NCBI GenBank assembly: GCA_001858525.1
Contig: LAPX01000008.1
Span: 78,138-142,137 of the forward strand
DNA: 64,000 nucleotides
Source of the DNA: Vampirovibrio chlorellavorus
Lineage (GTDB): Bacteria; Cyanobacteriota; Vampirovibrionia; Vampirovibrionales; Vampirovibrionaceae
Direction of reading: 5' to 3'
Each line of letters begins with the position of its first letter. Positions within the stretch are counted from its first letter, which is position 1. A model generated the notes under the pieces. The model saw nothing but the letters and a program-made list of their open reading frames with translations, searched no databases and was not told the origin of the DNA. Shown in pieces: positions 1 to 8,993 of the stretch. Made by a program: the position numbers and the translations under genes.

Positions 1-350
1 CCTTGCGGAGGGCCGTAGCCACCGCCTTGCGGGCGTTGTTGATAACCACCACCTTGGGGAGGGCCGTAGCCACCGCCTTGCGGGCGTTGCTGATAACCGC
101 CACCTTGCGAGGGCCCATATCCACCACCGCCTTGCGGACTATATCCACCATGTTGTCCGTAGCCACCTTGTGGGGCGTATCCACCACCTTGCGGTTGGTA
201 AGGACGCTGAGGCTGCTGGTACTGGGGAGGACCACTGGGACGCCCACCGGGTGCCGCACCTTCCGGGTATAGGCAGTTGGGACAAATCACCCGTTTGGGA
301 TTCTTGGTCTCAAAGACCTCTCCACATTTAGAGCATTGGTTTGTGAACAT
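1..350 (-). CDS. zinc-ribbon protein with Gly/Tyr/Gln/Pro-rich tandem-repeat C-terminal region (3' end runs off the window)
   Basis: Own translation of the minus strand from ATG (complement of 348-350): MFTNQCSKCGEVFETKNPKRVICPNC (CxxC...CxxC), then ...PQGGGYAPQGGYGQHGGYSPQGGGGYGPSQGGGYQQRPQGGGYGPPQGGGYQQRPQGGGYGPPQ. It is open to the window edge, so it is absent from the ORF track. No strong SD seen. Confidence 0.55.
   Translation of the reverse strand, partial: MFTNQCSKCGEVFETKNPKRVICPNCLYPEGAAPGGRPSGPPQYQQPQRPYQPQGGGYAPQGGYGQHGGYSPQGGGGYGPSQGGGYQQRPQGGGYGPPQGGGYQQRPQGGGYGPPQ
2..215. repeat. 51-bp (17-codon) coding tandem repeat
   Basis: Units 2-52 and 53-103 are near-identical (cttgcggagggccgtagccaccgccttgcgggcgttgttgataaccaccac vs cttggggagggccgtagccaccgccttgcgggcgttgctgataaccgccac). 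Degenerate ccacc/cttgcgg units follow, to about 215. Confidence 0.8.
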
Positions 351-797
351 AATGAATTTCTATCCGCTTGACTTAATCGAATCCAGACTCGTATTGATAC
401 CCAAAGAACACTGTGACAGGGCGGATTCGTATAACCCTTCAACTCTATTCAAGTTCCAAAACGACGACTTTTTAACTGGCTTACCTAGGCTTTCTCACTC
501 GGCGCTTGCTTTAGATTGGAAGCTTAGCGAATCAACTACTACTACAATAAATTTGCTATGACTATCCTGAAGCCGCTCGGCAGTGAATCTCTTCGATGAT
601 TATACTTGTGCCGTACCCGTGGACTTGCCCTGAAACATTGGTCAACAACTTAAAATGCCAGGGGAAAAAATCTACTATTCAAACTAAAAAGTCACTCCTA
701 TAATTAATACCACACGTTCTAAAAAATGAGTAGCCTTTTTGCAAAAATTCTGTGTCAAAATTGAAATATCCTTCACAAAGATGAAAGTACGTTTGGC

Positions 798-1475
798 ATG
801 AGTGGTGGCTCTCTGTTCGATATTGTCGGCCCAATTATGGTGGGTCCCTCCAGTTCCCATACCGCTGGGGCGGTTCGCTTGGCCAATTTGGCAAGACTGG
901 TGGCCGATCAGCCTATTCAGGAAGTAGAGTTTGTACTTTACAATTCCTTCGCCCAGACCTATCAGGGTCACGGCACCGATCGCGGCCTCATCGCCGGGAT
1001 ACTGGGCTACGGGGTCAACGATGAGCGCATTCGGGATGCCTTTGCACTGGCGGAAGCCCAAGGCCTTCAGTATACAATCACCCCCTTTTTAGGGGCCAAT
1101 AACTATTCTCCCAACACGGTGGTATTTAACTTGCGGCTACAAAACGGCCAAACCCTCACAGTGGTGGGCCATTCCATTGGCGGCGGCAAAGTCTACGTGT
1201 CCAAAATTGATGGGCACAACGTCAACATCCGGGGAGAAATGCCCACTCTCATTCTGTTTTACAAGGATCAACCGGGCATGATTTGGCAAGTGACCAAAAT
1301 ACTAGCCGAGCAGCAAATCAACATCGCCACCCTGACCTGCAACCGCAACCAACGGGGAGTAGAAGCGTTTATGATTATCACACTGGATTCCATGCCGCCT
1401 TCAGAGGCTGTAGCGGCCATTCAGAGCATTCCCGACATTTACACAGCACGATGCATCGATAAACTACCCGCCTAG
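798..1475 (+). CDS. sdaAB: L-serine dehydratase, iron-sulfur dependent, beta subunit
   Basis: 225-aa ORF. FDIVGPIMVGPSSSHTAGAVRLA matches the beta-chain N-terminal signature. It has an ACT-like C-terminal part and is followed directly by the alpha chain. Confidence 0.9.
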   Translation: MSGGSLFDIVGPIMVGPSSSHTAGAVRLANLARLVADQPIQEVEFVLYNSFAQTYQGHGTDRGLIAGILGYGVNDERIRDAFALAEAQGLQYTITPFLGANNYSPNTVVFNLRLQNGQTLTVVGHSIGGGKVYVSKIDGHNVNIRGEMPTLILFYKDQPGMIWQVTKILAEQQINIATLTCNRNQRGVEAFMIITLDSMPPSEAVAAIQSIPDIYTARCIDKLPA

Positions 1476-1539
1476 AGCCAGCACAGCATTTCCCTTTCTG
1501 GATAGTTCATTTCGATAGAAAGTTCAGGTTCCCCACACC

Positions 1540-2427
1540 ATGCCCAATTTCAATTCCTTTCAAGAACTCTTGACCTACTGCCAGGACAATCACTGCGGTG
1601 TAGCCGAAGCGGCGTTGCATTATGAGGAGGCCTACTCCGGCAAACAGCGGGATGAAATCCTTGCAGGCATGCGGGTCATTCTGCAACAAATGCGAGACAC
1701 CGTGGCCAGCGGCATCGATTCCACCGAAAAATCGATGAGCGGGCTAACCGGCGGGGATGCCAAGCGGATTATGGATTTTATGAATCAACCCCAATGCTTT
1801 CTATCGCCCATTGAAATGAAAATGATCGCCTTTGGGCTGGCCACCCTGGAAGAAAACAGCCGCATGAAACGGATTGTAGCCTGCCCCACCGCTGGCGGCA
1901 GCGGCTCGGTGCCCGCAGCCCTCATTGCCGTGGAGCAAGACAAAAACGTGGATCCCGAGCAAACCCTGAAAGGGCTGATCACCGCTGGGGTCATTGGGGA
2001 AATCACCGCCCGCCGAATGTTTTTATCCGGTTCTGCTGCCGGTTGTCAGGCGGAAGTGGGCGTGGCCTCCGGTATGGCCGCCGGTGGACTGGTCGAGATG
2101 ATGAACGGCAGCCCCGAGCAAGTCATCCATGCCGCGGCTATTTCCATGCAAAACCTGATGGGATTGGTTTGTGACCCCGTGGCAGGTTTGGTAGAAGTGC
2201 CCTGTGTGGTTCGCAACGGCTTGTCTGGCGTGCAAGCAGCCGCCTCGGCCACTATGGCCCTGGCCGGGGTGAAAAGCTTTATCCCCATGGATCAGGTGGT
2301 GGAAGCCATGGCAGCGGTGGGCAAGCTGATGCACCCCAGCCTGAAAGAAACCGCAGAAGGCGGCTTGGCTCAAACCCCAGTGGCTAAAGATTTTACTGAG
2401 CGTTTTAAAAACAGACAGCAGCCCTAA
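1540..2427 (+). CDS. sdaAA: L-serine dehydratase, iron-sulfur dependent, alpha subunit
   Basis: 295-aa ORF with GLTGGDA and CPTAGGSGSVPAAL motifs typical of SdaAA. Adjacent to sdaAB. Confidence 0.9.
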   Translation: MPNFNSFQELLTYCQDNHCGVAEAALHYEEAYSGKQRDEILAGMRVILQQMRDTVASGIDSTEKSMSGLTGGDAKRIMDFMNQPQCFLSPIEMKMIAFGLATLEENSRMKRIVACPTAGGSGSVPAALIAVEQDKNVDPEQTLKGLITAGVIGEITARRMFLSGSAAGCQAEVGVASGMAAGGLVEMMNGSPEQVIHAAAISMQNLMGLVCDPVAGLVEVPCVVRNGLSGVQAAASATMALAGVKSFIPMDQVVEAMAAVGKLMHPSLKETAEGGLAQTPVAKDFTERFKNRQQP

Positions 2428-3083
2428 ATCCCTTCGCCCGGCTTGTCCTTTATTTGCCATCCCGCTGTTTGAAGTATTTTCTGGATTTGCGTCCAGTGGA
2501 TACGATGGTGAAGCGCATTGAGACAAAGCCATTGGTGATCCGTAATCTCCCCGAACCAAGGATGATGGTGACTCTTCCCTGCCTTCCTCATCAATTGTAG
2601 CGATTCCATGCGCTGCCGATAGCCAGAAAGAAACGTTTCATAAGCGGAAAATACAGGTTCGGCCAAAAGATGATGCCCAGGCTTAACCGCTTCAATTCGC
2701 ACCACCTCTTCAATGGGTTCCTGCCGAACCAATTGTTCGACAATTCGGGCCATAGATTCACCCGTAATCCGTAAATGTTCAAGCGTCATCAATACGGACC
2801 AGTGGCGAGAACTATCCTCAATGCCTGGAAACCGTTGAATCAATACAGGTGTTGTCAACTGTTTCAACGGTAAAGCCCTGCCCACGGCCAAAGCACGTTG
2901 GCCATACTCGCACACCATGTCAATGGCTTTGGTCTGACTAAGGCGACTGGTTGTATAGGGGAAAAGCACATAACGGGCGACCAGACTCTCCACCAGAGGA
3001 AGCCCTTTACCGGGCGCAGCCAGGGTTGGCGATGAACTCAATTGGGTCAAGAAAAACTCCTTAACAGATTCTTTTTGAAACAT
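2424..3083 (-). CDS. DinB-superfamily-like hypothetical protein
   Basis: 219-aa ORF. Its spaced His residues (SRHWSVLMTLEH..., HHHPWFGEITDHQW, HHRIHW) resemble the DinB/YfiT four-helix-bundle His triad. Assignment is by motif only. Confidence 0.45.
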   Translation of the reverse strand: MFQKESVKEFFLTQLSSSPTLAAPGKGLPLVESLVARYVLFPYTTSRLSQTKAIDMVCEYGQRALAVGRALPLKQLTTPVLIQRFPGIEDSSRHWSVLMTLEHLRITGESMARIVEQLVRQEPIEEVVRIEAVKPGHHLLAEPVFSAYETFLSGYRQRMESLQLMRKAGKSHHHPWFGEITDHQWLCLNALHHRIHWTQIQKILQTAGWQIKDKPGEGI

Positions 3084-3309
3084 AGTATATTATAGATTAT
3101 TAGTTTCATAAAGTAACCACAAAACCAGTTCTAAAGCCAACCATTACAACAGCCCTCGCTGATGATTGCCCTTCGAAAAATCAACACAAAATAACCAGAC
3201 GACCGGAGAAAGAAGCTCTGTAAGCAGTCCTATTAAGGAAAATTAGTCAAGCACTACGACTCATCTATTTCCTGGGTCAAAATTAATCAGAGTTACTGAG
3301 AGAAGACAT

Positions 3310-4131
3310 CTACAAAATGTGCTCCAACCCGTAAACCAAGCCAGTTAAGTCCATACTTTTCTTCACGGCCAGGGCTACACCGGGCATAAAGCAATTCCTA
3401 TCCATACTGTCGTGCCGAATGGTTAAAATCTGTCCGGGGCTACCCAAAATCACTTCCTGATGGGCGATAAAACCGGGCAAACGCACGCTGTGAATATGAA
3501 TGTCCGCTGGCCCTTCAGCACCCCGAGCGCCGGCAATAATTTCAGTTTCCGGAGCGTTGGTGCGTCCAAAGCGAGCTTGGCTTTCCCGCATCAGTTCAGC
3601 GGTTTTTAAAGCGGTCCCGCTAGGAGCATCCGCTTTTTTGTTGTGGTGCAACTCAATAATCTCGGCATGATCAAAGTACTTGGCCGCCTCTTGGGCAAAT
3701 TTCATCATCAACACAGCCCCGATGGCAAAGTTGGGCACCACCAGCCCCCCCAGAGATTTGGCTCGCAAAGCGGCATCAATGGTTTCCAGTTGTTGAGCCG
3801 TTAAGCCAGTGGTTCCGATGACCGGACGACAGCCCGCCTCAATCATGGCCATGGTATTGGCGAACACCACCTCGGGGTTGGTGAAGTCCACGCACACATC
3901 CGGCTTTTCCCGAGCCAGCATGTCCTGTAAACTGCAATCAAACAGTAGCTCAGGGGCCGCATCAACCCCAAAAAACGCGTTGACCGTCTCATCAGAGGCA
4001 CTGGGATCGACAACACCCGCCAAATCAAGGGCCGGGTCCTGAGCCACAGTTTTGACCACTTCACGGCCCATTTTGCCTTTGCCCCCGCAAACAGCCACCC
4101 GAATCTGCTTTGCTTGCACCTGTGATTCCAT
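3310..4131 (-). CDS. dapB: 4-hydroxy-tetrahydrodipicolinate reductase
   Basis: Signature ELHHNKKADAPSGTA and N-terminal dinucleotide fold IRVAVCGGKGKMGREV. Start placed at internal ATG 4131 (MESQVQAK...); the ORF itself extends to 4224. Confidence 0.9.
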   Translation of the reverse strand: MESQVQAKQIRVAVCGGKGKMGREVVKTVAQDPALDLAGVVDPSASDETVNAFFGVDAAPELLFDCSLQDMLAREKPDVCVDFTNPEVVFANTMAMIEAGCRPVIGTTGLTAQQLETIDAALRAKSLGGLVVPNFAIGAVLMMKFAQEAAKYFDHAEIIELHHNKKADAPSGTALKTAELMRESQARFGRTNAPETEIIAGARGAEGPADIHIHSVRLPGFIAHQEVILGSPGQILTIRHDSMDRNCFMPGVALAVKKSMDLTGLVYGLEHIL

Positions 4132-4290
4132 AATCGAACCTGCCCCGCCAATCAACGACAATAGCTTGGTTTTAACCGAAAGACAACCGACACGCAAGGC
4201 GATTCGGGCAATCCATCTCCCCACTGAACGGCATGCAAAAGCAAGACGCCCGAAATGTCCTCTTTTCGGGGCATCTTTTCAGGGCAACGC

Positions 4291-5583
4291 TTAGCCCTGC
4301 ACCTGAGGATCTTTAATCTCTTTAAAGTGGGCGTTGGGTCGCTTGTGGAGGGTCACTTGCTCTTCCCACTTCAAGTCCACGGATTCAATCACATCACGAT
4401 ACTCAGCCAGTTTTGGAATCAACGGAATCAGGCGGGCCAAACGCTGGGAGGCACTGCCGTTGAGCTGTCCCAAAATCACCGGAATTTCCTGATAGCGCAG
4501 AATGACCTGATCCGGATTACGAATATCCACCGCCTCCAGGTGTAAGCCCTTGATTTGCCGGGCCTGCCAGGCCACCTCCCGCAATTGCCGCCAGTAAGCG
4601 CGCTTAAAAGTGGCGTGCGGCTGAACCAGAACTTTCTCAGCCGGAGCAAACAAAGCGGGCTTGATGGCATATCCGGACAGCCCAATCAGTTCTTCCCCGG
4701 CGGCCATGCCAAAGGGCGTTTCCCACCAGCGCTGGGCTACCTTCACAGCATTAGGTTTTCCAGCATCCGGGTTTTGCTTCACAGCATTAGGTTTAGTGGG
4801 ATGAGCTTTATCGTAGCTGGACGGCAAATACAAGCCAGCCCAAGGCTGCTTCTCAATAATCTGGATGCGCAAGCTGGCCGGAAACAAGACCCGCCGCACC
4901 ACCGCCCGATCCACCACCGCATACCGCTTTTCAATCTGCTGGGCCAGTTTGCCCGTATTAATGGCGTACAACGGCTTGCCCACCCAGGGGTGCACCAAGG
5001 GAGCCAGTTGCGTGGGCTGCAACAGTTGCTGCTGACTGACCTGATAGCGGGGGGCATTCATCACCCACAAGGGACTTTGAAACATTTCCCATAGCAAAAA
5101 GGCCCACAAAAAGGCACAACACAGCTTGAGAATGGAACGAATGCGACCATAAAAAACCCTGAGTTTTTTCTCCTTACGCCGCTTCTGCAGGTAATTTTCC
5201 TGCCGACGACGGGCGCGATCCTGCTGTCGTTTGGACTTAACCGCAGGAGTCTCCGGGCGAGTGGCGTGATTGCTCTTGGGAAGCTTATTTTTTCCCTTGC
5301 CCTTGGACTTCTTGCCCCGCTTGACAGGCTGTTCGCTCAAGGGACAATATGCCGCTTCCTCATCAGGCGTCAAAGGCTCACCTTCGGTCAGCGGCGTTTT
5401 AATCAGGGGATCCTGAATGCCACTGCGGTTAGAAAAAACACTTTGCCCACTGGCCTGCTCCGGTTCAACGTCCGGCGTCGCTTCAGGGCCCCGAGCCAGT
5501 TGTCGGGTCAAATCCCGCATGGAACCAGCGGGCTGTTCAGAGGCCCGGCTGGCTGCATCTTCCGGCTGTTCGAATGAGGGCAT
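4291..5583 (-). CDS. ftsQ: cell division protein FtsQ/DivIB-like with long basic N-terminal extension
   Basis: 430-aa ORF immediately downstream of ddl (classical ddl-ftsQ order). It has a roughly 160-aa Lys/Arg/Pro-rich tail, one TM segment (LKLCCAFLWAFLLWEMF), then a POTRA/FtsQ-like domain (RVLFPASLRIQIIEKQPWAG). Confidence 0.7.
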   Translation of the reverse strand: MPSFEQPEDAASRASEQPAGSMRDLTRQLARGPEATPDVEPEQASGQSVFSNRSGIQDPLIKTPLTEGEPLTPDEEAAYCPLSEQPVKRGKKSKGKGKNKLPKSNHATRPETPAVKSKRQQDRARRRQENYLQKRRKEKKLRVFYGRIRSILKLCCAFLWAFLLWEMFQSPLWVMNAPRYQVSQQQLLQPTQLAPLVHPWVGKPLYAINTGKLAQQIEKRYAVVDRAVVRRVLFPASLRIQIIEKQPWAGLYLPSSYDKAHPTKPNAVKQNPDAGKPNAVKVAQRWWETPFGMAAGEELIGLSGYAIKPALFAPAEKVLVQPHATFKRAYWRQLREVAWQARQIKGLHLEAVDIRNPDQVILRYQEIPVILGQLNGSASQRLARLIPLIPKLAEYRDVIESVDLKWEEQVTLHKRPNAHFKEIKDPQVQG

Positions 5584-5604
5584 AAAACGCTCTTGGACTT
5601 CTCT

Positions 5605-6561
5605 CTAGCTGACGGCCGTTTTCAGGATACATTCTACCAGCTGATCGTACTCAATTCCCATGGCTTTGACCTGAGCGGGCAAGTCGCTGAGGTCGGTCAT
5701 GCCCGGAATGGTGTTGATTTCCAGAATATAAAACTGGTTATCAGCTGCCACCACAAAATCAATGCGGGAAACGCCCCGGCATCCGGCGGCCCGATGGGCC
5801 TGCAAGGTGACCTCTTGAATGGCGGCGGTCACTTCCGGGGATAATTCGGCGGGCAGGATAAACTCGGTGCCGCCTTCGGTGTACTTGGCTTCCAGGTCGT
5901 ACCATTCCGACTGGGTGGGGCGTAACTCCAAAATGGGGGTCACTTTGGGCTGACCATTCACTTCCACCACGCCCACGGTAATGGATTTTCCGTACACATA
6001 ACGCTCTACCATGACTTCATCACAGTAGCTCAAGGCGGTTTTCAAGGCCGGTTTCAAGTCCTCGGGGGCATCCACCTTGCTCATGCCGATGCTAGAGCCC
6101 TCGTTCAGGGGCTTGACCATGACCGGGTAAGGGATATTCATCTCGATGGGCTTGCCATTGACCGCGGCTGATTTAAACACCACCGAATCGATGACCGGCA
6201 ACCCGGCATCCTTGAGCACACTCTTGGTCAGGGCCTTATTCATGGTCAGGGCGCTGGCCGCTACCCGACATCCGGTGTAAGGAATGCCCATCAACTCGAG
6301 TACGCCTTGAATACAGCCATCTTCGCCGTATTTACCATGCAGGGCAATGTAGGCCACTTCAATTTTCTGCTCAGACAACGTGCGGGCAATGTGCTGATCC
6401 ACGTCAATCAGCGTGGCATTTTCATAGCCCAATCGCCGCAACGCCTCGTAACAGTTCTTACCGGAACGCAGGGACACTTCCCGCTCCGAGGACAAGCCGC
6501 CGTACAACACCCCAATGCGGGTGTGATAGTTCAAAATCTGGGTTTGCTGGGTACTGGTCAT
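5605..6561 (-). CDS. ddl: D-alanine--D-alanine ligase
   Basis: 318 aa; ALHGKYGEDGCIQGVLELMGIPYTG and ATP-grasp motifs (EINTIPGMT). Confidence 0.95.
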   Translation of the reverse strand: MTSTQQTQILNYHTRIGVLYGGLSSEREVSLRSGKNCYEALRRLGYENATLIDVDQHIARTLSEQKIEVAYIALHGKYGEDGCIQGVLELMGIPYTGCRVAASALTMNKALTKSVLKDAGLPVIDSVVFKSAAVNGKPIEMNIPYPVMVKPLNEGSSIGMSKVDAPEDLKPALKTALSYCDEVMVERYVYGKSITVGVVEVNGQPKVTPILELRPTQSEWYDLEAKYTEGGTEFILPAELSPEVTAAIQEVTLQAHRAAGCRGVSRIDFVVAADNQFYILEINTIPGMTDLSDLPAQVKAMGIEYDQLVECILKTAVS

Positions 6562-6604
6562 TCAAAACGTCCTTGTGGATACAGATTGAAACAAATTTCG
6601 AGAT

Positions 6605-7540
6605 CTAATGCCCGGCGGTCAACGCCTGCCATAATTCAAGCTCTTCAGGGGTTGCATCGCCCAATAGCAAGTTCTCCGGGTGGGCTTCCAGCCCGTAACG
6701 GTCCTTAATGGCCTGCTGCATGCGCCGCATCAGGCGCAACACATCGGTGGAAGTGGCGTTATCCACGTTCACGATAAAATTGCCGTGCAAGGGACTGACC
6801 ATGGCCCCGCCTTCTCGCCACTGGCCCTTGGCCCCCAGTTCTTCCATCAGCTTACCAGCAGGCATTTCCTTGGAAGGGTTCTTGAAAACGCTGCCCCCGT
6901 TGGGCTCCTTGGGATGATGGCTTTTGCGAAACTGTACGCTCTTGGTCATGGTGGCATTAATTTCAGCGGGATTGCCGGGCTGAAATTCCAGCTCCGCACT
7001 CAGTACCACGTGCTTATTGGGGTCAATCAGGCTTTTTCGGTACTGAAACCCCAGTTGCTCCGGCAGCCAGGTCTCCACCTGAGCGGTTTCCAGATTATAA
7101 AGATTGACGCTGCGCACCAAATCGGCGGTCTCCTGGCCTAACGCCCCGGCATTCATGCGCACGGCCCCACCAATGGTGCCCGGAATGCCAATCATGAACT
7201 CTCCACCGGTCAGACCATACTTCAGGCCCGTACTGGCCGACTTGGCCAAATGCACCCCGGCGCCAAAGGCAATGCGAGTGTCGGTAATGGGCTCCACCCA
7301 GTCCAGCTTGCGGGTGATAATGGTCACCCCCCGAATCCCGGCGCTGGCGATAATGCTGTTGCCACCCCAACCCAACACGGTCAGCGATTTTCCGGCGGCC
7401 TGAGTTTGCCGCAAAATGGCCACCATCTCCGCTTCTGTGGTCGGTTGATAGGCTTCATCCAGCGGACCACCAATACGATAGGTGGTAAACTGGGCGCCCA
7501 TTAGCACTTGGGGCAGGCAGGCACTCATGGGGAGGTCCAA
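6605..7540 (-). CDS. murB: UDP-N-acetylenolpyruvoylglucosamine reductase
   Basis: 311 aa; FAD-binding N-terminus (TYRIGGP, GWGGNSI) and MurB C-terminal domain (GGSVFKNP). Overlaps the murC end by 16 nt. Confidence 0.9.
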   Translation of the reverse strand: MDLPMSACLPQVLMGAQFTTYRIGGPLDEAYQPTTEAEMVAILRQTQAAGKSLTVLGWGGNSIIASAGIRGVTIITRKLDWVEPITDTRIAFGAGVHLAKSASTGLKYGLTGGEFMIGIPGTIGGAVRMNAGALGQETADLVRSVNLYNLETAQVETWLPEQLGFQYRKSLIDPNKHVVLSAELEFQPGNPAEINATMTKSVQFRKSHHPKEPNGGSVFKNPSKEMPAGKLMEELGAKGQWREGGAMVSPLHGNFIVNVDNATSTDVLRLMRRMQQAIKDRYGLEAHPENLLLGDATPEELELWQALTAGH

Positions 7541-8982
7541 TTTCGCAGCAGTTTGGTAATGTTGCCAGCCCCCATAGATAGCACGATGTCACACGGCTGA
7601 ATGACCGCTTTCAAAGCCTCCCGCACGGGTTCAAAATCCGGGGCCAACGGAACATACTGAGCCTTGGGGTGTTTCACCTTCTGGGCAAAGGCATCTGCGG
7701 TCATCCCGGGAATCACCGGCTCGTGAGCGGCGTAAACATCGGTCAGAAACAGCAAGTCGGCATCGTCAAAGCAGGTTAAAAACTCTTCCCAAAGGGCTTG
7801 CAGACGAGAGTAACGATGCGGCTGAAACACGGCGATCACCCGCCCCTTGGTGCCTTGCAGAGATTCTCGGGCTGCTTTCAAAGTCACCAGAACCTCGCTG
7901 GGGTGATGGGCGTAATCATCCACCAACAGGGCGTGATTCCAGTCACCGACTTTCTCAAAACGCCGTCCCATCCCGGTAAATGCTTCCAGGGCCTGGGCCA
8001 GCTGATCAAAGTCCGCCCCCAACTGATCGCCCACAGCCACGGCACACAGGCCATTAAACAGGTTATGTTTGCCGGGAACCGACATATTCAGCTCGCCCAG
8101 CATTTTTGAATTACGGTACACATAGGCCTGATAACAGCCTTTGGCGTAAGGACGGGCATTTTTCAGCCAATAGGTGGTTTCTGATTCCTGACCGGTAAAC
8201 ACATCCCCTGGGGCCAGTAGAATACGCTCCACCCCGACCGGGCAGTCCTGCATCAAGGCCTTGGTATTGGGACAAGTCACGTTAAAAAAGACTTTGCTGT
8301 TAGGCTTTAAGGCGTTCAAGTAGGTTCTAAACGTGTCCAAAACCCCTTCCAGCCCGTTGGTATAGTGATCCGCATGATCCAACTCCAGGTTAGCCACCAC
8401 AGACAACGTGGGCTGATACTGCAAAATGGTGCCATCACTCTCATCCAGCTCGGCCACTGCGTATTTGCCATCCGGGCTGAGAATGGCGTTGGTGTCCAAC
8501 TGGGGCATTTTACCGCCCACCACCACAGTCGGTTCCAGCCCGGCCAGCTTGAGGGCTAACCCGGTCATCCCGGTGATGGTGGTTTTACCGTGGGTTCCCG
8601 TAATCCCGATGGTGGTTTCATGGCCCAGCAAGGCACCCTGCATTACTTCTCGCAGCAGGCTGGAACGATGGTGGATTTCCAGCCCCTTCTCCAACGCTAG
8701 GGCAATTTCCGGATTCTGTCGATCGATAGAGGAAGAGACAATCAGCAAGGCCTTGTCCGGCACCTGATGGGCGGCATGCCCAATGAAAATAGAGCCGCCC
8801 AAGTCCCGCAAGGCTTTGGTATAGGCGCTTTCAGCAGCATCGGAGCCACTGACCTGAAAGCCGGATTGAATCAGCACCTTGGCCAGACCACTCATGCCCA
8901 CGCCGCCCACGCCCACAAAGTGCACGGGACGAGCTTTGTCCAAGGTCAACGGCTGGTTAAGGGTTTCGGTCGCAATACTCAC
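7525..8982 (-). CDS. murC: UDP-N-acetylmuramate--L-alanine ligase
   Basis: 485 aa; HFVGVGGVGMSGLA Rossmann motif, GITGTHGKTTIT P-loop and DDYAHHPSEV. Confidence 0.95.
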   Translation of the reverse strand: MSIATETLNQPLTLDKARPVHFVGVGGVGMSGLAKVLIQSGFQVSGSDAAESAYTKALRDLGGSIFIGHAAHQVPDKALLIVSSSIDRQNPEIALALEKGLEIHHRSSLLREVMQGALLGHETTIGITGTHGKTTITGMTGLALKLAGLEPTVVVGGKMPQLDTNAILSPDGKYAVAELDESDGTILQYQPTLSVVANLELDHADHYTNGLEGVLDTFRTYLNALKPNSKVFFNVTCPNTKALMQDCPVGVERILLAPGDVFTGQESETTYWLKNARPYAKGCYQAYVYRNSKMLGELNMSVPGKHNLFNGLCAVAVGDQLGADFDQLAQALEAFTGMGRRFEKVGDWNHALLVDDYAHHPSEVLVTLKAARESLQGTKGRVIAVFQPHRYSRLQALWEEFLTCFDDADLLFLTDVYAAHEPVIPGMTADAFAQKVKHPKAQYVPLAPDFEPVREALKAVIQPCDIVLSMGAGNITKLLRNWTSP

Positions 8983-8993
8983 AACAGGCCCCC

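Noticed and set aside
3-272. Plus-strand 89-aa ORF (MRRAVATALRALLITTTLGR...)
   Set aside because: It is the antisense reading of the GGY/Q tandem repeat. The minus strand has a zinc-ribbon N-terminus and an open frame to the window edge, which is a more credible gene.
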